Assembly: GCA_043815505.1 (NCBI GenBank)
Contig: JBDRIV010000002.1
Coordinates: 116,784-180,783, forward strand
Source: a bacterium
Lineage (GTDB): Bacteria; Patescibacteriota; JABMPQ01; JBDRIV01
DNA length: 64,000 nucleotides
Direction of reading: 5' to 3'
Within the stretch, counting starts at the first letter, position 1, and every line of letters starts with the position of its first letter. The notes beneath the pieces are model-generated. The model saw only the letters and a program-made list of their open reading frames with translations. It made no database searches and was not told where the DNA came from. The position numbers and the translations under genes were made by a program. Positions 58,952 through 64,000 of the stretch are shown here, in pieces.

Positions 58952-59770
58952 ATGAAAATAGAAAACAAAACATTTCTTATTACGGGTGGTGGCAGTGGAA
59001 TTGGCAGAGCTTTGGTTTTAGCTTTACTAAAAAAAGGAGCACAAGTTGCCGTGGTCGATATCAATGACGCCACTTTGTTGGAGACTAAAAAATTAGCTGG
59101 CGTTGACGACGAGAAAATTTCAACTCATGTTGTGGATATTACCGATAAAGAAGCGGTAACAGCCTTACCTCAAGAGGTTGTTAAGTTTCATGGCCAAATT
59201 GATGGTTTAATAAACAACGCTGGGATTATCCAGCCGTTTGTAAAAGTTAATGATCTTGAATACGAAGCGATTGACAAGGTGATGAATGTTAATTTTTACG
59301 GTACGCTTTTTATGGTCAAAGCATTTTTACCATATCTTATTAAAAGAGCGGAAGCATATATTGTTAATGTTTCCAGTATGGGTGGATTTCTGCCAGTGCC
59401 TGGACAAAGTGTTTATGGCGCTTCCAAAGCGGCGGTGAAACTTTTAACAGAAGGTTTGTATGCTGAGCTGAAAGATACTGGTGTTCATGTTAGCGTGGTT
59501 TTTCCAGGTGCTACCAACACAAATATAACTAAAAATTCTGGTGTACAAGGACCAAGTGATGCAGAAGAAAGTTCTCAAAATAATTTTTCTATGACTTCTC
59601 CGGAAAACGCGGCCGCGACGATTATTACTGGTATAGAAAAAAATAAAACACGCATTCTAATTGGTAAAGATTCTAAAATGATGAATAAATTGTATCGATT
59701 GGCACCAAATTTTGCGACTAATTTGATTGCTAAACAGATGAGTTCTTTGCTAAAAGTAGACAAAAAATAA
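58952..59770 (+). CDS. short-chain dehydrogenase/reductase
   Basis: TGGGSGIG, NNAG, YGASK. Confidence 0.95.
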   Translation: MKIENKTFLITGGGSGIGRALVLALLKKGAQVAVVDINDATLLETKKLAGVDDEKISTHVVDITDKEAVTALPQEVVKFHGQIDGLINNAGIIQPFVKVNDLEYEAIDKVMNVNFYGTLFMVKAFLPYLIKRAEAYIVNVSSMGGFLPVPGQSVYGASKAAVKLLTEGLYAELKDTGVHVSVVFPGATNTNITKNSGVQGPSDAEESSQNNFSMTSPENAAATIITGIEKNKTRILIGKDSKMMNKLYRLAPNFATNLIAKQMSSLLKVDKK

Positions 59771-59774
59771 ATTC

Positions 59775-59802
59775 TTGACAAAATATTAGAAGACAGTACA
59801 AT
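59775..59802 (+). promoter_or_regulatory. sigma70-like promoter of the tRNA-like cluster
   Basis: TTGACA-16bp-TACAAT. Confidence 0.65.
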
Positions 59803-60066
59803 GTTATATTGTGCTGTTTTAAATTAAAAAAGAAATCCCCCGTGACTTAGGTGGTTCAAAAAGGCAAGGCAGCTTTTGTAGACCAAATCAACTTAAGTTG
59901 CGGGGGAACAGGATAATGTGTCAGAGATTTGGGAAAGAAACGTCGCACGATTTCACGGTTGGAAAATTATACCTACTTGTGAGAAAGTGAGGCAATTGAT
60001 GTGAGCCACGAAGTGGTTCTGCAATAAGCGCCCAAATCTCTGGCAACCAATTCCGAGTATTTTAGA

Positions 60067-60143
60067 GCTTGTATAGCTCAGTTTGGAAGAGCGCCTGTTT
60101 CTTATGCAGGAAGTCGTGGGTTCGAGTCCCACCTTCGGCACCA
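60067..60143 (+). pseudogene. degenerate tRNA-like module, anticodon CTT, broken acceptor stem
   Basis: D, anticodon and T arms and CCA present; acceptor GCTTGTA/CTTCGGC mispaired. Confidence 0.7.
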
Positions 60144-60339
60144 ATCTTGTCCTGAGCTTGTCGAGGGAGCACTAATCGTACATTATAAAAAAATAATCTA
60201 TTTCATAGTTTCTGTTATCGGAGTCTCATATTATCAAGGTTCTACACCTTGGCAGAGACTTGAAATAGAGTGAATCCAAAGCACGGTCAAGTATCGTGTA
60301 TAGGTTAAAATCTATTGGACTCACTAATAAGTTAAGGCT

Positions 60340-60416
60340 GGCGTGTTAGCTCAATTTGGTAGAGCAACCGACTCTTAATCGAGAGGTCGCTGGTTCGACT
60401 CCGGCACGGGGAACCA
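60340..60416 (+). pseudogene. degenerate tRNA-Lys(CTT)-like module
   Basis: D and T arms, CTCTTAA loop and CCA present; acceptor and anticodon stems mispaired. Confidence 0.7.
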
Positions 60417-60426
60417 AATCTTAGGG

Positions 60427-60499
60427 AGAACTATCGTCTAGATGGTCTAGGACTCCCGGCTTTGATCGGGGAACCCTGGTTCAAATCCAGGTAGTTCTC
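60427..60499 (+). tRNA. atypical tRNA-Gln(TTG)-like module (6-nt anticodon loop)
   Basis: perfect acceptor extended to 10 bp, T arm CCTGG-TTCAAAT-CCAGG, loop CTTTGA. Confidence 0.55.
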
Positions 60500-60508
60500 C
60501 CTTCTCCC

Positions 60509-60552
60509 AGCGGTTTTCCGATTACCCCCCTCGGACCAACCGCTTTTTTTTA
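60509..60552 (+). terminator. intrinsic terminator
   Basis: agcggtt...aaccgct followed by T tract. Confidence 0.7.
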
Positions 60553-60620
60553 TCTCAAATTTCTATATAATAAATAAACCATGTGCCATAAGCCACATGC
60601 TATAAGCCCTAAGCAAACTA

Positions 60621-61484
60621 GTGCCCGAACTTCCAGAAGTAGAAACAATTAGACGTGATCTTAACAAAAAGATTGTTGGCAAAAATATTTCTGACATAAA
60701 AGTTAGAAAGAACAAAATGGTTATTGGATCAACTAAGTCTTTTATTGCGTCATTAAAGGGAAGGAAATTTACTAAAATAGACCGTCGAGGCAAATTAATG
60801 ATTTTCAATTTAGATAAAAAGGATTTATTTTTACTGGCCCATTTAAAAATGACTGGTCAATTAATTTTTAAAAAGAAAAATCAAATAACAGCTGGTGGAC
60901 ACAGTGGTTCGGAAACAAATTTAGAATTACCCAATAAGTTTTCTCATATAATTATTACCTTTTCAGACAAGTCACAACTCTTTTTCAATGACATGAGGCA
61001 ATTTGGTTACATGAAACTGGTTAATGAAAAAGACAAGGATTTGGCTCTAACAAAATTTGGTTTAGAGCCTCTAACAAAGAATTTCCAATTCAAAGATTTC
61101 GGCAAAGTATTTAAAAACAAAAAATCTTCCTTAAAGGCCGTACTACTTAACCAAAAATTAATTGCGGGATTGGGAAACATATATGTTGATGAAATCTGTT
61201 TTCGAGCTAAAGTTTTGCCAACCAAAAAAGTCTATAGAATATCACAAAAAAAAATTACAGAACTTTTTAAAGCTACCAACTATATTATAAAAAAAGCCAT
61301 TCAAAAACGCGGAACAACTTTTAATGATTATGTTGATGCTGATGGAAAAACTGGAAATTTCATTAAGTATTTAAAGGTTTATCAACGCGCTGGTGAAACT
61401 TGCCTACGCTGCAAAAAAGTAAAAATAAAAAAAGTAAAATCTGCCGGCAGGGGAACTCACCTCTGTCCTTATTGCCAGAAATAA
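60621..61484 (+). CDS. mutM: formamidopyrimidine-DNA glycosylase
   Basis: PELPEVET, RRGK, HLKMTG, AGLGNIY.DE, C-terminal Zn finger. Confidence 0.97.
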   Translation: MPELPEVETIRRDLNKKIVGKNISDIKVRKNKMVIGSTKSFIASLKGRKFTKIDRRGKLMIFNLDKKDLFLLAHLKMTGQLIFKKKNQITAGGHSGSETNLELPNKFSHIIITFSDKSQLFFNDMRQFGYMKLVNEKDKDLALTKFGLEPLTKNFQFKDFGKVFKNKKSSLKAVLLNQKLIAGLGNIYVDEICFRAKVLPTKKVYRISQKKITELFKATNYIIKKAIQKRGTTFNDYVDADGKTGNFIKYLKVYQRAGETCLRCKKVKIKKVKSAGRGTHLCPYCQK

Positions 61485-61607
61485 CATTCTGATATTCTCA
61501 AGAATGTTGGAATAAAAAAGAGCGGACAGAAAACTTTATTGTGCACTAGCACAGAACGCTTTATGCAAACGTTAAAAGAATTTTCTATCCGCTTATTTTA
61601 CTAAAGA

Positions 61608-61905
61608 TCAAGGTGGGGCACTGACAGGTGTGCCGTCTTGGTTGCGCCCCGTATCTATAAACAATTCTGATAGTTTACGAGATTTTCCTAAGTGAGTTAT
61701 TGTTGTTTCTCCTTCTTTAGAAACTTCAATAACTAAAGGTCCTCTTTTTCCAACATCAAGAAATGTTACAATTCCATGTTGTAAACAATAAGTTTCTACC
61801 ATTTTTTCTTCCTTGGGTTTGTAGATCAGAACTTGGATAATGAAACGGGGAGTATCTATAGCCCATGTTTACATGAGCTATTTAATTTCTGTAGCTTTTC
61901 TTACA
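61608..61905 (-). pseudogene. probable decayed ORFan cassette gene
   Basis: AAGGAGG SD followed by ATG-TAA at 61905; residual out-of-frame ORF 61608-61802. Confidence 0.45.
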
Positions 61906-62141
61906 TTGGCTACCCTCCTTGTTAAAAGATCAATTTAAATCAATAAAAAACTGCCAACAGCGGCAGCTTCCAGGTTATTTATACAAATATTAACCTAGCC
62001 ACCGGTAGGTGAGACCAATTAGGATAATAATTTGTATAAGTTGATTTAGCATTATGATAATTATAGAGCATCAAAATATTTTCGTCAATAAAATTGTGGA
62101 TAAAAATATTTTGAGTTATTTGTTGGCTTAAAATAGGCAAT

Positions 62142-62188
62142 TTGACAGCCTTGAAAAATAAGAGTAATATTAATAGTAATCATTACTA
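62142..62188 (+). promoter_or_regulatory. promoter with Fur/PerR-type 7-1-7 operator
   Basis: TTGACA-17-TAATAT, then TAGTAAT-C-ATTACTA at 62174-62188. Confidence 0.8.
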
Positions 62189-62207
62189 ATCTTTAATCAT
62201 ACAAAAA

Positions 62208-62591
62208 ATGGCCATTGTCCACAGAAACACATCTCAAAGAACAATAATTTTAGATTATTTGAAAAGTATAAAAGAAACCGACAAACATCCAACCGCTGAC
62301 GATGTTTACAAAAAGGTAAGAACTAAGCTTCCTCGCATTTCGTTGGGTACAGTTTATAGAAATCTGAATTTTATGAAAGAGCGCGGGGAAATTCAAGAAA
62401 TTTCCGGACCCATGGCCAGATATGAAGTTATTCATGGTCCCCATGCTCACTTTGTTTGTGAAAATTGTAATAAAATTGTTGATTTAGAAAATGAATACGT
62501 TAACAAACTTTCTTGTCTTAAAACTAAAGTTGGAAAAGTAAAATCCTGCAGTATTTATTTATATGGAATCTGCAATAATTGTAAAAAGTAA
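62208..62591 (+). CDS. Fur family regulator (PerR-like)
   Basis: T.QR, HPTA, ISLGTVYRNL, H.HFVC..C, C..C. Confidence 0.92.
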   Translation: MAIVHRNTSQRTIILDYLKSIKETDKHPTADDVYKKVRTKLPRISLGTVYRNLNFMKERGEIQEISGPMARYEVIHGPHAHFVCENCNKIVDLENEYVNKLSCLKTKVGKVKSCSIYLYGICNNCKK

Positions 62592-62599
62592 TTAAAATT

Positions 62600-63178
62600 A
62601 TGCACAAATTACCAGAATTAAATTATGCGTATGATGCGCTAGAACCTTACATTGATGAGGCGACGATGAAAATACATCATACCAAACATCATCAAGCTTA
62701 TCTTGATAAATTCAACATCTTGTTAGAAAAATATCCAAATCTTCAAGATTTAGAAGCAAAAGAGTTTTATGCCAAACTCAAAGATGCTGAAATGGATGAG
62801 AAAGATAAGCAAGGCTTAATAAATCAAGGTGGCGGTTTCTATAATCACTCATTATTTTGGGAGATTATGGGACCAGAAAAAGCGGTAGATGAAAAGCTAA
62901 CAGAAGAAATCAAACGTGATTTCGGCTCTGTAGAAAAATTTCAAGAGGAATTTACGAATGCTACCGCAACTCACTTTGGTTCCGGTTGGGCTTGGCTTGT
63001 TCGTGACGAGGAAGGAAAACTTCATATCTATTCTTTATCCAATCAGGATTCACCATGGAAAAAAGGTCACGAGCCTATAATTGCTCTTGATGTTTGGGAG
63101 CACGCTTACTACTTGAAATACAAGAATGTTCGACCAGATTACATTGCCAATTGGTGGAAAGTCTTAAAACTAATCTAG
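62600..63178 (+). CDS. sodA: Fe/Mn superoxide dismutase
   Basis: HHTKHH, NHSLFW, FGSGWAW, DVWEHAYY. Confidence 0.96.
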   Translation: MHKLPELNYAYDALEPYIDEATMKIHHTKHHQAYLDKFNILLEKYPNLQDLEAKEFYAKLKDAEMDEKDKQGLINQGGGFYNHSLFWEIMGPEKAVDEKLTEEIKRDFGSVEKFQEEFTNATATHFGSGWAWLVRDEEGKLHIYSLSNQDSPWKKGHEPIIALDVWEHAYYLKYKNVRPDYIANWWKVLKLI

Positions 63179-63277
63179 AGTAAAACCCATAATTTTGAAA
63201 AGTTGCCTCATATTAGGGGCAACTTTTTTACAAAAAAGCAGCGTGCTAGAAGCAGCTGCTGATGATAAAAAGAATTC

Positions 63278-63609
63278 CTAGATTCTGCTCCATGAAGGCT
63301 TGTATGCAGAAAATGGACCCAACAAACATTCTTCGTTACATGGACCATAGCTTGATTGTTCGGTCTCAGTTATAAGAAGTAGAATAGCCGTGTTTGCATT
63401 ATTTGGATCTTTTACCTCTATAACTTCGTGACCAATAGCTTGTGGATGGCGAGATAGTTCCTTATCTTTATCAAATGGAGAATAAAGCAATATTTTACCA
63501 TGTTCAATTGTTATACTACCTACTTTGTCAGGAATTCCCAATTGAGTTTTCTAAGTGTATAATAAACAACAGTTTTTCCAGGCAGTCTTTCAGTACTTGT
63601 AATAGGCAT
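63278..63609 (-). pseudogene. probable frameshifted ORFan gene
   Basis: AAGGAGG SD + ATG at 63609 opens a 29-aa frame; longer ORF continues in another frame from about 63541. Confidence 0.5.
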
Positions 63610-63720
63610 AACTAACCTCCTTATGCTAAAAAGTACATATTCTTCTAAGTATAGATTCATACTATAGTTTTTTATCGTTAATGTAAAGAGTTGTCCACAC
63701 ATATAACTAGTAAAACCCTT

Positions 63721-63819
63721 GCCCCGCCCAAGTTACTTTAATTGATATAATCGCTTGTTTAAGCATAAATAGTTCTTCTATGGTTTTAATCTATCAATAA
63801 AATTAAACTGGAGCGGGGC
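63721..63819. repeat. GC-clamped palindromic element
   Basis: GCCCCGCCCAAGTT...AAACTGGAGCGGGGC. Confidence 0.85.
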
Positions 63820-63848
63820 TTGCCATAGTTGTTTTTTATTGTTAGACT
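63820..63848 (+). promoter_or_regulatory. sigma70-like promoter directly after the palindromic element
   Basis: TTGCCA-17bp-TAGACT with extended -10 TG. Confidence 0.65.
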
Positions 63849-63874
63849 TAAAAAAATTTATTATAAATTTTTTT

Positions 63875-63896
63875 GCCTGCCTGTTGGCAGACAGGC
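63875..63896. repeat. short REP-like palindrome
   Basis: gcctgcctgttggcagacaggc, related to the tRNA T-arm insert at 56973. Confidence 0.65.
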
Positions 63897-64000
63897 CTAA
63901 TTTCGGGGGTTACAACCGAAAACGGCTCTTTTAAAAAAGAAATTATGCGCATGAGAGGATGCGCTTTAATTTTGCCTAAATATCAAGCGGAAAAGGAGAA

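Noticed and set aside
59835-59906. SRP (4.5S) RNA
   Set aside because: The hairpin has aggc...gcagc but lacks the conserved helix-8 GNRA tetraloop and symmetric loop
63946-64000. Start of a CDS at the window end
   Set aside because: Too short to judge; it ends in AAGGAG and is more likely the structured leader of the next gene

Overview
AT-rich bacterial chromosomal window. Gene content and order (tilS-rpsA, xer-rpsO-NYN-pnp, comM-lspA-dksA, giant surface proteins, few metabolic genes) suggest a Patescibacteria/CPR (Parcubacteria-like) genome; this is an inference. Core genes include tilS, rpsA, yraN, rnhB, a P-type ATPase, rsmA, pcrA, an NrdR-boxed nrdR-nrdJ-cobO-(B12 S-component-like)-dcd operon, pnp, rpsO, mutM and perR-sod. 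ORFan cassette genes are interspersed, many with a boxA-like leader and a strong Shine-Dalgarno. The most unusual features are non-coding. (1) An intact tRNA-Ser(TGA) is nested inside the anticodon-loop insertion of a second tRNA-Ser(TGA) that is interrupted four times. (2) Seven perfect parS palindromes lie inside an O-antigen-ligase-like ORF without breaking it. (3) A modular structured leader family precedes three tRNAs. (4) GC-clamped hairpin elements of about 100 bp abut promoter -35 boxes. (5) One promoter-terminator unit carries three degenerate tRNA-like modules. (6) There is an unidentified structured RNA of about 400 nt. All structures and coordinates were read by eye; no folding or database search was run.
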